53,708 nucleotides of DNA, taken from assembly GCA_003559635.1 (NCBI GenBank), contig PWKU01000027.1, forward strand, positions 1 through 53,708, read 5' to 3'. The notes below the pieces were generated by a model, which ran no database searches, was not told the origin of the DNA, and saw only the letters and a program-made list of their open reading frames with translations. Positions within the stretch are counted from its first letter, which is position 1; each line of letters opens with the position of its first letter. The position numbers and the translations under genes are program-made. This document shows positions 8,721 to 17,949 of this stretch, in pieces. The stretch comes from Candidatus Nealsonbacteria bacterium. GTDB lineage: Bacteria; Patescibacteriota; Minisyncoccia; Minisyncoccales; PWPS01.

Positions 8721-9935
8721 ATGAGAAAAAAAGTGATTGATATCTTTCCTCCTTATGAGAAAAGGATTAAAATGATAACAAAAAGCGGCGGAGACAAGAG
8801 CACGGCAAAGAGGTGCAGTGGGTGGTTGGCTCTTTTGTTGCTTGTTTTGTTTTCTCTGGCCGGTTATTTCTACTACATCTCTTACAAGGTGGAGGTCACC
8901 ATAACGCCTGTTACAGAAGCTTTTGCCGCAGAAAAGGATATTTTAGTAAGAGCTTTTGGCTCGATTGGAAACGGGGAAGCGAGAGGGGTTGTGTTTAATG
9001 AAAGGGTTTCCGGTGAGCGTGAATTTGAAGTAGAGGGAAGGAGAACTATTGAAGAGAGGGCGATAGGAGAGATTAAAGTGTGCCAAGATTACAGAGATAG
9101 CGATGCTCATTTTGTGGAAGGAACACGCTTTATCTCCGATGATGGGAAAATGTTTTTTGCAACGGAAGGATTCGTGTTACCACCAAGGCAAGTTGAAGGT
9201 GGTTGTGGTCTGGTAGAGGTTGAAGCGGCAGACACGGGAGAAGATTATAATATTCCTTCCGATTCCAAATTTGCTCTTCCCGCACTACAGGGAACGGCCA
9301 TTTATGGAAACGTTAAAGGAATTTCTTTTGATTTAAAAAAAGAAGGTGTTTCAAAAGAAGTTCCGTATCTTGATGATGCTACAATGGAAAGGGCTCAAGC
9401 ACAGATGAGCGAAGAACTTTTTCAAAAAGGAATAGATATTTTGAAGGAAGACTATGGGGAAGAGTATTTCATCGGTGATGAAAATCAATATACTATAGAG
9501 ATTACGGAGAAAGGTTTTGCGGAAGATCCTTCGGAAAACGGGGAGAAAGAGACTTTCTATTTCAAACTCGATACTAATATTAAGGTAATCGGAGTGGGGA
9601 AAGAAGAAATGGAAAAAGTTCTTCTTTCTGTTTTACCCGAAGATCATACCTGGATAGAAGGAGAAGAGAACCTAAGATTAAGTTTTCAAAGGATTAATTT
9701 TGAAGAAGGAGAAGCTGATATAAAGGTTGAATTTTCAGCAGATATATACGAGAAGATTGATAAAGAAGGATGGAAAAGAGAACTTCTGGGAAAGAGCTTT
9801 GCCGAGGCGGAACAGATTCTAAGAGAAAACATCCTGGTAGAGGATTTAGAAATAAAAACGAAACCTTTCGGCCTTAGTAAAATACCCGAATCGGCACAAA
9901 GGGTGGAGGTAATTCTCGAATTTGACAAAAACTAG
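8721..9935 (+). CDS. Hypothetical single-pass membrane protein, possibly with a baseplate J-like beta domain
   Basis: N-terminal TM WLALLLLVLFSLAGYFYY; GTRF..DGKMF and VEAADTGEDYNI segments recall baseplate-J-like domains. Confidence 0.6.
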   Translation: MRKKVIDIFPPYEKRIKMITKSGGDKSTAKRCSGWLALLLLVLFSLAGYFYYISYKVEVTITPVTEAFAAEKDILVRAFGSIGNGEARGVVFNERVSGEREFEVEGRRTIEERAIGEIKVCQDYRDSDAHFVEGTRFISDDGKMFFATEGFVLPPRQVEGGCGLVEVEAADTGEDYNIPSDSKFALPALQGTAIYGNVKGISFDLKKEGVSKEVPYLDDATMERAQAQMSEELFQKGIDILKEDYGEEYFIGDENQYTIEITEKGFAEDPSENGEKETFYFKLDTNIKVIGVGKEEMEKVLLSVLPEDHTWIEGEENLRLSFQRINFEEGEADIKVEFSADIYEKIDKEGWKRELLGKSFAEAEQILRENILVEDLEIKTKPFGLSKIPESAQRVEVILEFDKN

Positions 9936-9950
9936 AAAAATTGTTATCCT
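9922..9950 (+). promoter_or_regulatory. Sigma70 promoter for the infA/alpha operon
   Basis: TTGACA-17 bp-TATCCT with extended -10 TG. Confidence 0.7.
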
Positions 9951-9970
9951 TAAACTCGCTAAATTCATAA

Positions 9971-10183
9971 ATGAGTTCCAGTAATAATAAACAGAGAGGA
10001 GTAGTTTTGGAAGCGTTGCCCAATACGCATTTTAGGGTTAGGCTTGACAACGGAAATGAAGTAAGCGCTCATTTGGCCGGAAAATTGAGAATTCATCGAA
10101 TAAAAATTCTTACAGGTGATAAGGTAACGGTTGAAGTGAATGATTACGACGAGACCAAGGGAAGAATTATTTATCGCGGATGA
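9971..10183 (+). CDS. infA: Translation initiation factor IF-1
   Basis: [19 protein letters not shown]...AHLAGKLR...GDKV..KGRIIYR. Confidence 0.97.
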   Translation: MSSSNNKQRGVVLEALPNTHFRVRLDNGNEVSAHLAGKLRIHRIKILTGDKVTVEVNDYDETKGRIIYRG

Positions 10184-10187
10184 CAAT

Positions 10188-10271
10188 TTCTACCGAAGAA
10201 GGGGATGTTTGGCGTAAACCATACAGAAAAAATCTGTATTTTTTATGCTTTTTGTTTTACCCTTGGTAGAA
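10188..10271 (+). other. Long imperfect hairpin between infA and rpmJ
   Basis: TTCTACC/GGTAGAA, AAGGG/CCCTT, GCGTAAA/TTTATGC and ATACAGA/TCTGTAT nested pairings. Confidence 0.6.
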
Positions 10272-10350
10272 GCCGATTTTAGCAAGCAGGAAGAAAGTAA
10301 AATATTATAAGATATTGCAACAGGGCTAAAAAACGCCGGTTGCCAGTGAA

Positions 10351-10464
10351 ATGAAAGTACAATCGTCGGTAAAAAAAATTTGTAAAGATTGCAAGGTTGT
10401 TCGTAGAAAGGGCAGAGTTTATGTGATTTGCAAGAATAAGAGACACAAGCAAAGGCAAGGATAG
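10351..10464 (+). CDS. rpmJ: 50S ribosomal protein bL36, zinc-binding type (not in ORF track)
   Basis: Manual translation [37 protein letters not shown]. Confidence 0.97.
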   Translation: MKVQSSVKKICKDCKVVRRKGRVYVICKNKRHKQRQG

Positions 10465-10485
10465 TACTTATATCGTAGAAGGGAG

Positions 10486-10634
10486 TTCTAAATTATAAAT
10501 TTCAAATTACAGACCGCAAACAATCAGGCCCGCTCACTTTCAATTCTTCGGAAAACCAAACAAGGATAAAATCCGTAAAAGTTTTCCAGTTTGAAGCTGA
10601 GGTTTTGGCTTTCGGGATTTGTTTGCAATTTTAG
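10486..10634. repeat. Degenerate heptamer-periodic inverted-repeat element
   Basis: TTCTAAA TTATAAA TTTCAAA TTACAGA CCGCAAA CAATC ... GATTTGTTTGCAATTTTAG. Confidence 0.55.
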
Positions 10635-10641
10635 TGATATT

Positions 10642-11031
10642 ATGATGAGAATTTCAGGAAAAACCATACCAAAAGACAAGAGAGTGGTAATTGCCCTTAC
10701 CTATATTTACGGTGTTGGCCAGTCTCTCAGCAAGAAAGTTTTAAAGGAGGCGGGTGTTAGTGAGTCTAAAAGAGCCTCAGAGCTTACCGATGATGAAGTA
10801 AAAAAAGTAAGAGAAATTATTGAGAAAAGACACAAAACCGAAGGAGAGTTGCGTAGAGAGAGAAGAGATTCTGTTGAGAGATTGAAAAGAATTGATTGTT
10901 ACAGAGGAGTAAGGCACAAAAGGAGTCTGCCTGTTAAGGGGCAAAACACAAGAACCAATAGTCGGACCGTGAGAGGAAATGTGAGAAGAGTTGCCGGTTC
11001 GGGAAAGAAGGGAGCTCCGGCGCCAAAATAA
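10642..11031 (+). CDS. rpsM: 30S ribosomal protein uS13
   Basis: MRISG..IP..KRVVIALTYIYGVG, YRGVRH..LPVKGQNTRTN; start ATG 10642 or 10645. Confidence 0.97.
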   Translation: MMRISGKTIPKDKRVVIALTYIYGVGQSLSKKVLKEAGVSESKRASELTDDEVKKVREIIEKRHKTEGELRRERRDSVERLKRIDCYRGVRHKRSLPVKGQNTRTNSRTVRGNVRRVAGSGKKGAPAPK

Positions 11032-11054
11032 ATTAAAGCAAAAAACGATAAAGC

Positions 11055-11501
11055 ATGGGAAAAAAAAGAGTAATAAAAAAATCCGAAGAAGAGCTTTTGG
11101 AAGAAGCGAAAGAGGGGGGTGTTAAGAAAAAAAAAGGAAAGACAAGAAGGAGGGGTGTCGATTACGGGCGTATTTATATCTCCGCTTCATATAATAATAC
11201 CATGATGACTCTTACGGATAAGCAGGGGAAAGTTTTGGCCTGGGCAAGCGCTGGAAATATGGGTTTTAAGGGCACGAAGAAAGCGACACCTTATGCGGCT
11301 TCCGAAGTAACCAATGCCCTTTCCGAAAAGGCAGAAAAAATGGGAGTTAAAGAAATAGATATTTTTGTAAAAGGAGTGGGAAGCGGAAGATCTTCCGCAC
11401 TAAGAGCGTTGTCCGCCAAAAATATTATTATAAACTTAATTAAAGATGTGACGCCCATTCCACACAACGGGTGCCGTCCGAAAAAACCAAGAAGAGTATA
11501 G
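11055..11501 (+). CDS. rpsK: 30S ribosomal protein uS11
   Basis: SYNNT, GFKGTKKATPYAA, DVTPIPHNGCRPKKPRRV. Confidence 0.98.
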   Translation: MGKKRVIKKSEEELLEEAKEGGVKKKKGKTRRRGVDYGRIYISASYNNTMMTLTDKQGKVLAWASAGNMGFKGTKKATPYAASEVTNALSEKAEKMGVKEIDIFVKGVGSGRSSALRALSAKNIIINLIKDVTPIPHNGCRPKKPRRV

Positions 11502-11505
11502 TATT

Positions 11506-12138
11506 ATGAGAAAATCTACCGAGTGCAAAAAGTGTCGACGGACGGGAGTCAAACTTTTTTTGAAAGGAGAAAAGTGTGAGTCCCAAAAATGTCCGATGAT
11601 AAAAAAACCGTATCCTCCAGGACAAAAGCCTAAGAGACGGAAAGGTCATCTTTCCCAATACGGAAAGGAGCTTATCGAAAAGCAAAAGCTCCGCTATTGG
11701 TATGATCTTCAAGAAAGACAGTTTGTTCGCTACGTGACGGCTGTGATTAATAGCCAAAGAGAAACAGAGTCTGCGGGTGATCAATTGTTAAGAAGACTTG
11801 AAGAAAGATTGGATAATATGGTTTATCGCTCCGGCTTTTCATCCTCAAGGTCACAAGCAAGGCAGATGGTTAATCATGGGTTTTTTCTTGTTAATGGAAA
11901 ACCTGTCGATAGACCGTCTTACAGAATAAAAACGGGAGATGTTATTTCCGTTCGTCCCGGTAAAACAAAGAAAGTTAGTTTTGAAAATTTTAGCGAAAGA
12001 ATGAAAAACTTTGTTTCCCCGTCATGGATTTCGTTGGACACGGAGAATCTGACGGCGAAAGTTACCGGAAATGCGGTAATTGAAGAAATTGCTCCACCAG
12101 TGGAAATTTCTTCTATTTTTGAGTTCTATTCAAGATAG
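11506..12138 (+). CDS. rpsD: 30S ribosomal protein uS4
   Basis: CRRTGVKLFLKG, EKQKLR, LEERLDNMVYR, ARQMVNHG, IFEFYSR. Confidence 0.98.
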   Translation: MRKSTECKKCRRTGVKLFLKGEKCESQKCPMIKKPYPPGQKPKRRKGHLSQYGKELIEKQKLRYWYDLQERQFVRYVTAVINSQRETESAGDQLLRRLEERLDNMVYRSGFSSSRSQARQMVNHGFFLVNGKPVDRPSYRIKTGDVISVRPGKTKKVSFENFSERMKNFVSPSWISLDTENLTAKVTGNAVIEEIAPPVEISSIFEFYSR

Positions 12139-12219
12139 TAAAAATAATAATCAATACTAATAATCTAACCATTACCGATAAGGCACCTGTATTATGGGTT
12201 GTGGTTTATAATTTGAGAT

Positions 12220-13176
12220 ATGATTTCGTTACCATCAAAGCCAAAAATCGTAGAGAAAAAAGAGGACAACAAAACTCTTTTTGAAATAGACTCTCTTTAT
12301 CCGGGATATGGTGTGACTATAGGCAATAGTCTAAGAAGAACTCTTCTTTCTTCTCTTACCGGAGCGGCGGTTACAAAAGTGAAAATAAACGAAGTAAATC
12401 ACGAATTTTCAACTATTCCCGGAGTAATGGAAGATGTAATTACGATTATACTTAACCTAAAAGAGCTCCGGTTCCGCGTTCACTCGGAGGAACCCCAAAT
12501 AGTGAAGCTCAGAGTAAAGGGAGAATCGGAGGTGAAGGGGTCTAATCTTGAGATCCCCACCCAAGTAGAGCTTGTTAATCCCGAAACACACATAGCAACT
12601 CTTACAAATAAGAGCGCGTCTTTAGAAATGGAAATGGAGGTTGAAAAGGGGATGGGATATTCTTCATCGGATGATAGAAAAGAAGAAAAGCTTGAAGTTG
12701 GGCAAATTATTATTGATTCCATTTTTACTCCCGTAAAGAGAGCAAACTTTTATGTTGAAAATATGCGTGTCGGAAAAAGAACGGACTTTGACCGGCTTTT
12801 TGTGGAAGTGGAAACGGACAAAACAATATCCCCGGAAGAAGCTTTGTTCCAGGCCGTGGATATCTTGAAAAAGCATTTTGAAATTTTCTCCTCCTTTAAA
12901 GATAAGGAAGAAAAAAAAGACGCTAAAGGAAGCAAGGGGAAAAAGGAAAAAAAGGAAGAAAAACAAGCGGAAATCGATGATTTGGAGCTTGAAGATTTAA
13001 AAATTTCCACGCGTACTATAAACGCTTTAAGAGATAACAAGATTAAGAAAGTTAAGGATCTTCTCAAGAAGAAGGAAGATGATGTTGCGTCTTTTAGTGG
13101 AATGGGAGCAAAAGGGGTTGATGAAATAAAGAAAGCACTGAAAAAGAAAAAACTTTCCCTAAAAACGGAAAAATAA
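12220..13176 (+). CDS. rpoA: RNA polymerase alpha subunit
   Basis: [37 protein letters not shown]; alpha-[12 protein letters not shown]. Confidence 0.98.
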   Translation: MISLPSKPKIVEKKEDNKTLFEIDSLYPGYGVTIGNSLRRTLLSSLTGAAVTKVKINEVNHEFSTIPGVMEDVITIILNLKELRFRVHSEEPQIVKLRVKGESEVKGSNLEIPTQVELVNPETHIATLTNKSASLEMEMEVEKGMGYSSSDDRKEEKLEVGQIIIDSIFTPVKRANFYVENMRVGKRTDFDRLFVEVETDKTISPEEALFQAVDILKKHFEIFSSFKDKEEKKDAKGSKGKKEKKEEKQAEIDDLELEDLKISTRTINALRDNKIKKVKDLLKKKEDDVASFSGMGAKGVDEIKKALKKKKLSLKTEK

Positions 13177-13523
13177 TGCCAAAAATAAAAAATAAAAGAA
13201 GATTTAGCAGGAAAAGGGATCAGCGTCGAGCTCTTCTTGTTGCTCTTGCCCGTGCTCTTATCTTAAACGAAAAGATAAAAACAACCGAGGCAAAAGCAAA
13301 AGAGTTGAGGCCTTTTGTTGAGAAGCTTATAACAAGAGGCAAAGAAGAAGGTATCCATGGGAGAAGAATTTTGGTTGCCAGACTCCAAGAAGACGTTGCC
13401 GAGAAACTTGTAAAAGAGATTGCACCGCGCTACCGCGAGAGAGCGGGTGGGTATACCAGGATTTTGAAACTCGGACCCAGGTTAGAAGATGGTGCAAAAA
13501 TGGTTATTATTGAGCTTGTATAA
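13176..13523 (+). CDS. rplQ: 50S ribosomal protein bL17
   Basis: [32 protein letters not shown]. Confidence 0.98.
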   Translation: MPKIKNKRRFSRKRDQRRALLVALARALILNEKIKTTEAKAKELRPFVEKLITRGKEEGIHGRRILVARLQEDVAEKLVKEIAPRYRERAGGYTRILKLGPRLEDGAKMVIIELV

Positions 13524-13528
13524 TTACT

Positions 13529-13873
13529 ATGAGAAGAACATACACTGTTGATGTTAAAAAGAGGCCACTAGGAAGAGTCGCTACGGAAATAGCGGGTCTT
13601 TTGATGGGTAAAAACGATGAAAATTACAGGCCTCACGAAGACAAAGGAGCTTTTGTTGTTGTAAAAAATATTGAAGAGGTCGCCCTCACGGGCAAAAAAA
13701 GTGAAAATAAAAAGTATTATTATCACAGCGGTTACCCGGGTGGGTTAAAAGAGGTTTCCTACGAAAAGCTTTTGCAAAAGAGCCGATCAGCCGCCTTAAA
13801 AAAAGCGGTCTACGGGATGCTTCCAAAAAATAAATTAAGGAGGGAGATGATAAAAAGAATTAAAATAGATTAG
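13529..13873 (+). CDS. rplM: 50S ribosomal protein uL13 (short)
   Basis: LGRVATEIA..LMGK, YYHSGYPGGLK, AVYGMLPKNKL. Confidence 0.97.
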   Translation: MRRTYTVDVKKRPLGRVATEIAGLLMGKNDENYRPHEDKGAFVVVKNIEEVALTGKKSENKKYYYHSGYPGGLKEVSYEKLLQKSRSAALKKAVYGMLPKNKLRREMIKRIKID

Positions 13874-13875
13874 CA

Positions 13876-14295
13876 ATGCCGACAAAAACAAAAGAAAAAA
13901 AAGAGGCAAAATATTATCAAGCGGTTGGTAGGAGAAAAGAGGCTACATGTGTGGTTCGTATTTATGAAAATAAGAGTGGGGAGATAACAATTAATGAAAA
14001 AAAGTTTGAAGATTACTTTCCCGCGAAAGATTTACAGAAAATGGTGAAAGAACCTCTTGATGAACTGGGCTTGTTGAGTAAATTCTCGGTTACTGCAAAA
14101 GTCTCAGGAGGAGGTGTTAAGTCTCAGACTAAAGCCGTTCAACATGGAATTGCCAGAGCACTTGTCCTTTTTGACGAGACTTTCCGAAAGCAATTAAAGT
14201 CTGCGGGACACATTACTCGTGATCCAAGAATGAGAGAAAGAAAGAAGCCAGGACTGAAAAGAGCGAGAAGAGCTTCTCAGTGGAGAAAAAGATAG
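13876..14295 (+). CDS. rpsI: 30S ribosomal protein uS9
   Basis: GRRKEA, VSGGG..Q..A..HGIARAL, TRDPRMRERKKPGLKRARRASQWRKR. Confidence 0.98.
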   Translation: MPTKTKEKKEAKYYQAVGRRKEATCVVRIYENKSGEITINEKKFEDYFPAKDLQKMVKEPLDELGLLSKFSVTAKVSGGGVKSQTKAVQHGIARALVLFDETFRKQLKSAGHITRDPRMRERKKPGLKRARRASQWRKR

Positions 14296-14317
14296 TCTTT
14301 TTTAATATATTTGGTGA

Positions 14318-14353
14318 TAGGAGGGCCGCAAGAAATGCGGTCTTTATCTCCTA
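14318..14353 (+). terminator. Probable terminator hairpin after rpsI
   Basis: GGCCGCA-AGAAA-TGCGGTC-TTT, with outer TAGGAG/CTCCTA. Confidence 0.55.
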
Positions 14354-14383
14354 AAAGGTGCGTAGGTTCGGCCCTTCCGCCCA

Positions 14384-14420
14384 AAAAAGCATTGCAGGGT
14401 CTGACCCTGCAATGCTTTTT
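14384..14420 (-). repeat. REP-like perfect palindrome, family B, copy 1
   Basis: AAAAAGCATTGCAGGGTC-T-GACCCTGCAATGCTTTTT followed by AAGGGGAAAG, the reverse complement of the flank of the other copies. Confidence 0.93.
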
Positions 14421-14434
14421 AAGGGGAAAGCAGT

Positions 14435-14463
14435 TTGATATTTGCCATAGCCTATATTATAAT
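14435..14463 (+). promoter_or_regulatory. Sigma70 promoter for murA
   Basis: TTGATA-17 bp-TATAAT. Confidence 0.7.
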
Positions 14464-14483
14464 TACCTATTAAACAGAAATTT

Positions 14484-15782
14484 ATGTCCGACAAGCTAAT
14501 TATTGAGGGGAGGAGCAAGTTGGAAGGGGTTATTGATGTAAAAGGATCAAAAAATGCCGCGACACCGATTATTGCGGCAACACTGCTCACTTCTTCCCCT
14601 TGCGTGCTAGACAATATTCCTTTTATTGGAGATGTAAAGGCGATGCTGGAAATTGTGAAAGGGATGGGTGCACAAGTGGAATATATCGGGAGAAACAGAG
14701 TGAAGATAACGGCTAAGGAAATTAATCCGGCGAAGTTGAATTTTGGTCTCGTGAACAAAATGCGTTCGTCGATTCTCTTAGTTGGACCACTTCTTGCAAG
14801 ATTTGGATATGTAAGGATGCCACAGCCGGGAGGGTGTGTTATAGGGGCTCGACCGATCGATTATCATATCAACGCTTTTTCTAGAATGGGGGTGGATGTT
14901 GAAGAGTTCGGATTGAAAAAAAATGGGGAAAGGAAATCAAATGTGTATCATTTTACGGCAAAGAAAGGACTCCGGGGGAGAGATGTTGTTTTTGACGGAT
15001 TCTCTGTTACCGGAACAGAAAACATTTTAATGGCGGCAACGCTTGCTAAAGGGAAAACCGTTATTAAAATTGCCGCCTCGGAGCCCCATGTTCAAGATCT
15101 TGCCGTCTTTTTGAAAAAAATGGGAGCTGATATAAAGGGAGAAGGAACCAATACGATAGAAATAAAGGGAAAAGAAAAGCTCCACGGAGCGGAGCACGCC
15201 GTTTGTTATGATTACGTGGAAGCGGGAACTCTCGTGCTACTGGTTCTTGCGGCCAAAGGAAAAGTGCGGGTAGAAAATTTTCCCGTAAAAAACCTTGAAT
15301 TGTTGCTCAGTAAACTAAAAAGATTTGGGGGAAAGATAAAAATTGAGAAAAACGCGGTCGTTGTTTCTCCTTGGAAAAATCTTGCCATAGACAAAATACA
15401 GGCAATGCCGTACCCGGGAATACCTACCGACCTTCAGGCTCCGCTTGGGGTTCTTTCAACTCAGGCAAAGGGACTAACTCTTATTCATGACCCGATTTAT
15501 GAAGGAAGATTGAAGTATCTTGAAGAGTTAAACAAAATGGGTGCGGAAATTGTTTCTTGCGATCCGCACAGGGCGATAATTAACGGTCCGACAAAGTTGC
15601 ATGGAACAAAACTTGACCCGTTGGATTTGCGCGCTGGAGCGGCGCTTATTATTGCCGGAATGATTGCGGAAGGAACAACCATTATCAGGGATGTTTCTCA
15701 GGCCGATAGGGGGTACGAAGAAATAGACAAGCGTCTTTGCAAAATAGGAGCGAAAATAAAAAGAATGGAGAACGACAATTAA
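14484..15782 (+). CDS. murA: UDP-N-acetylglucosamine 1-carboxyvinyltransferase
   Basis: GSKNAA, MRSSIL, PGGCVIGARP (catalytic Cys), SVTGTEN, PGIPTDLQ, DLRAGAAL. Confidence 0.97.
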   Translation: MSDKLIIEGRSKLEGVIDVKGSKNAATPIIAATLLTSSPCVLDNIPFIGDVKAMLEIVKGMGAQVEYIGRNRVKITAKEINPAKLNFGLVNKMRSSILLVGPLLARFGYVRMPQPGGCVIGARPIDYHINAFSRMGVDVEEFGLKKNGERKSNVYHFTAKKGLRGRDVVFDGFSVTGTENILMAATLAKGKTVIKIAASEPHVQDLAVFLKKMGADIKGEGTNTIEIKGKEKLHGAEHAVCYDYVEAGTLVLLVLAAKGKVRVENFPVKNLELLLSKLKRFGGKIKIEKNAVVVSPWKNLAIDKIQAMPYPGIPTDLQAPLGVLSTQAKGLTLIHDPIYEGRLKYLEELNKMGAEIVSCDPHRAIINGPTKLHGTKLDPLDLRAGAALIIAGMIAEGTTIIRDVSQADRGYEEIDKRLCKIGAKIKRMENDN

Positions 15783-15843
15783 TCACTGGCGAAAGTGGTG
15801 CTCCGGATAACCGGCAATTAACTGTGACCACTCCCCATGGCTA

Positions 15844-15872
15844 TTGTAAAATATAGATGCCAAATGTAATAT
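15844..15872 (+). promoter_or_regulatory. Putative promoter for mreB copy 1
   Basis: TTGTAA-17 bp-TAATAT, 10 bp before ATG. Confidence 0.45.
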
Positions 15873-15882
15873 CTAAGACATT

Positions 15883-16884
15883 ATGTTTTCAAGAAAAATA
15901 GGAATTGATCTGGGAACCTGTAACTCTTTGGTTTTTGCTCCCGGTAAAGAAATTATCTTAAATGAGCCTTCTGTTGTTGCTGTTAGCGTACATGAGAATA
16001 AAATTCTTGCGGTTGGAAAAGAAGCCAAGGAAATGATAGGAAGGGCTCCCGATGAGATAAAAGTTTACAGACCCCTTAAAGATGGGGTAATTGCTGAATA
16101 TAGAATAACTGAGGCGATGTTGCGTTACTTTATACAAAAATCTCCCGGACTGAAATTTGTTAAACCGGAGCTTATGATTGGTGTTCCGGCGGGGATAACA
16201 TCGACAGAGAAGAGAGCTGTTATTGAAGCTGGTATTTCTGCAGGTGCTCGATCTGTTTATAAGGTCAAAGAACCTATTTTAGCCGCTATCGGAGCGGGAA
16301 TTCCCATTGCGTCTTGTTCCGGCCATATGGTGGTTGATATTGGGGGAGGAACTACGGAAATCGCTATAATATCTCTTGGAGGAGTGGTTGCCGTAAGATC
16401 TTTGAGGGTTGCCGGAGACAGTATGGATTTTGCCATTTCCAATTATATAAAAGATAAACATAATGTTGCTCTGGGAGAGAAAAGTGTTGAAGATATTAAG
16501 ATGAATATTGGAACGGCGATCAAGGAGAAAGAATCAAAAGTAATGGAGGTTCGAGGAAGAGATCTTGTTTCCGGTCTCCCAAAAACAATTAAGGTTACTT
16601 CGAATGATGTTTACGAGGCAATATCAGGCACACTTGAAGAGATTATAAAAGTTGTGAAATATGTCTTGAGAGAGACTCCTCCGGAGCTTTCTGCTGATAT
16701 TATGGACAAAGGAATGGTTCTTACCGGAGGCGGGGCGCTTCTTGAAAACATCGATGTCCTTGTAACGGAAAAGACGGGAGTGCCTTCTTTTGTTGCGGAA
16801 GAAGCGCTACTTTCCGTGGCTCGAGGTGCAGGAGTTGTTTTGGATAATCTGGATGCTTATAAGAGAAGCATTATGAGTAAATAA
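15883..16884 (+). CDS. mreB: Rod shape-determining actin MreB/Mbl (copy 1)
   Basis: IGIDLGT, EPSVVA, RPLKDGVIA, VDIGGGTTE, TPPELSADI, LTGGGALL. Confidence 0.95.
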   Translation: MFSRKIGIDLGTCNSLVFAPGKEIILNEPSVVAVSVHENKILAVGKEAKEMIGRAPDEIKVYRPLKDGVIAEYRITEAMLRYFIQKSPGLKFVKPELMIGVPAGITSTEKRAVIEAGISAGARSVYKVKEPILAAIGAGIPIASCSGHMVVDIGGGTTEIAIISLGGVVAVRSLRVAGDSMDFAISNYIKDKHNVALGEKSVEDIKMNIGTAIKEKESKVMEVRGRDLVSGLPKTIKVTSNDVYEAISGTLEEIIKVVKYVLRETPPELSADIMDKGMVLTGGGALLENIDVLVTEKTGVPSFVAEEALLSVARGAGVVLDNLDAYKRSIMSK

Positions 16885-16890
16885 TAAGAG

Positions 16891-17009
16891 ATAAGCACCA
16901 AATCACAAATAAATTACAATTACCAAAATTCTAAGCACCAAACCTTTTGTGTTCTGAACATTTGAATTTTGATATTATTTGGAATTTATTGCTTGTAATT
17001 TGTAATTTT
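16891..17009. repeat. Heptamer-periodic imperfect inverted-repeat element (MITE-like)
   Basis: Left arm CACCAAA TCACAAA..TTACAAT TACCAAA ATTCTAA GCACCAAAC; right arm TTTGAAT TTTGATA..TTTGGAA TTTATTG CTTGTAA TTTGTAA. Confidence 0.75.
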
Positions 17010-17015
17010 CAAGAT

Positions 17016-17888
17016 ATGATTATCGGGCATAAAGAACAGCAGGAAAAAATACGCTCGCTTTTTGAGAAAAATGAAATACCTCATGCGCTTTTATTTTCCG
17101 GACCTGGCGCGGTTGGTAAAAAGACTACGGCTTTTTGGTTTTTAAAGATGATAAGTTGCGAGGGAAGAGACAAACCCTGTGGAGAGTGTCGTAGCTGTTA
17201 TGAGATTGAAGAAAATATCCACTTAGACATATTGCAAGTTTTTCCCGAAGAGAAAGAAATAAGATTAAAACAAATTGAAGAGATTATAGAGAGAATTTCA
17301 TACAAGGGAGCCAAATCATGTTATAAAGGAGTTGTAATAGACGAGGCGCATCTAATGAATGTTCAGTCGCAAAACGCTCTTTTGAAAACACTTGAAGAAC
17401 CCTCAAAAGACACAGTAATAATTTTAGTTACCGAGCATCCTTATTCGCTTTTGCCCACTATTTTATCGAGAATGTTTGAAATCAAATTCTCTCTTGTCAG
17501 TGAAAAAGAAATAGGAAAGAGCTTGAAAAGCAACGAGATTGCCGATCTTTCTTTTGGAAAACCGGGGCTGGCAATAAACTATTTACAGTTTCCGGAAAAA
17601 AAGAAAAGAGCGGAGAACTTAAAGAAAGAGATGAATGGAATGTTTGAGAAAGATTTTTCTTTTCGCTTCTCGTTAATAAAAAAAGCAACAGATGAGGAGA
17701 AGGGAGAAGAGTTTCTGGAATGCCTACTGAAAGCCATGCAAATTGAAATGCACAAAAGGATAAAAGAGAAAAAGGAGACAAAAGATTTTTTACAAGCCAT
17801 AAAAGAAGCTGAAGAGGCGATTTTTCTTCTTTCGAAAACAAATATAAATGTTCGCCTTGCATTGGAAAAAATAGCAATAAAAATATAA
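17016..17888 (+). CDS. holB: DNA polymerase III delta' subunit
   Basis: MIIGH, PHALLFSGPGAVGK, PCGECRSC zinc module, IDEAHLMN..SQNALLKTLEEP, TILSR; ATG 17016. Confidence 0.93.
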   Translation: MIIGHKEQQEKIRSLFEKNEIPHALLFSGPGAVGKKTTAFWFLKMISCEGRDKPCGECRSCYEIEENIHLDILQVFPEEKEIRLKQIEEIIERISYKGAKSCYKGVVIDEAHLMNVQSQNALLKTLEEPSKDTVIILVTEHPYSLLPTILSRMFEIKFSLVSEKEIGKSLKSNEIADLSFGKPGLAINYLQFPEKKKRAENLKKEMNGMFEKDFSFRFSLIKKATDEEKGEEFLECLLKAMQIEMHKRIKEKKETKDFLQAIKEAEEAIFLLSKTNINVRLALEKIAIKI

Positions 17889-17949
17889 TTTAATCGATAA
17901 CTAACAGCTTAGGTCTTCATTTAAAGAAGGTTATAAGCCAAACTAAATT

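Noticed and set aside
10591..10641. N-terminal extensions of rpsM, holB, gatC, alaS, tmk and miaB in the ORF track
   Set aside because: Upstream TTG/GTG-type starts run through repeats or neighbouring genes; downstream ATGs match the family N-termini.
14311..14499. Short ORFs across family B repeats (also 23324-23521)
   Set aside because: They overlap a terminator, tRNA, repeat or promoter and have no recognisable protein features.
15783..15842. Small hairpins between murA and mreB (ATCACT/AGTGGT, CCGG/CCGG)
   Set aside because: Short stems, single occurrence, no U-tract; not distinguishable from chance.
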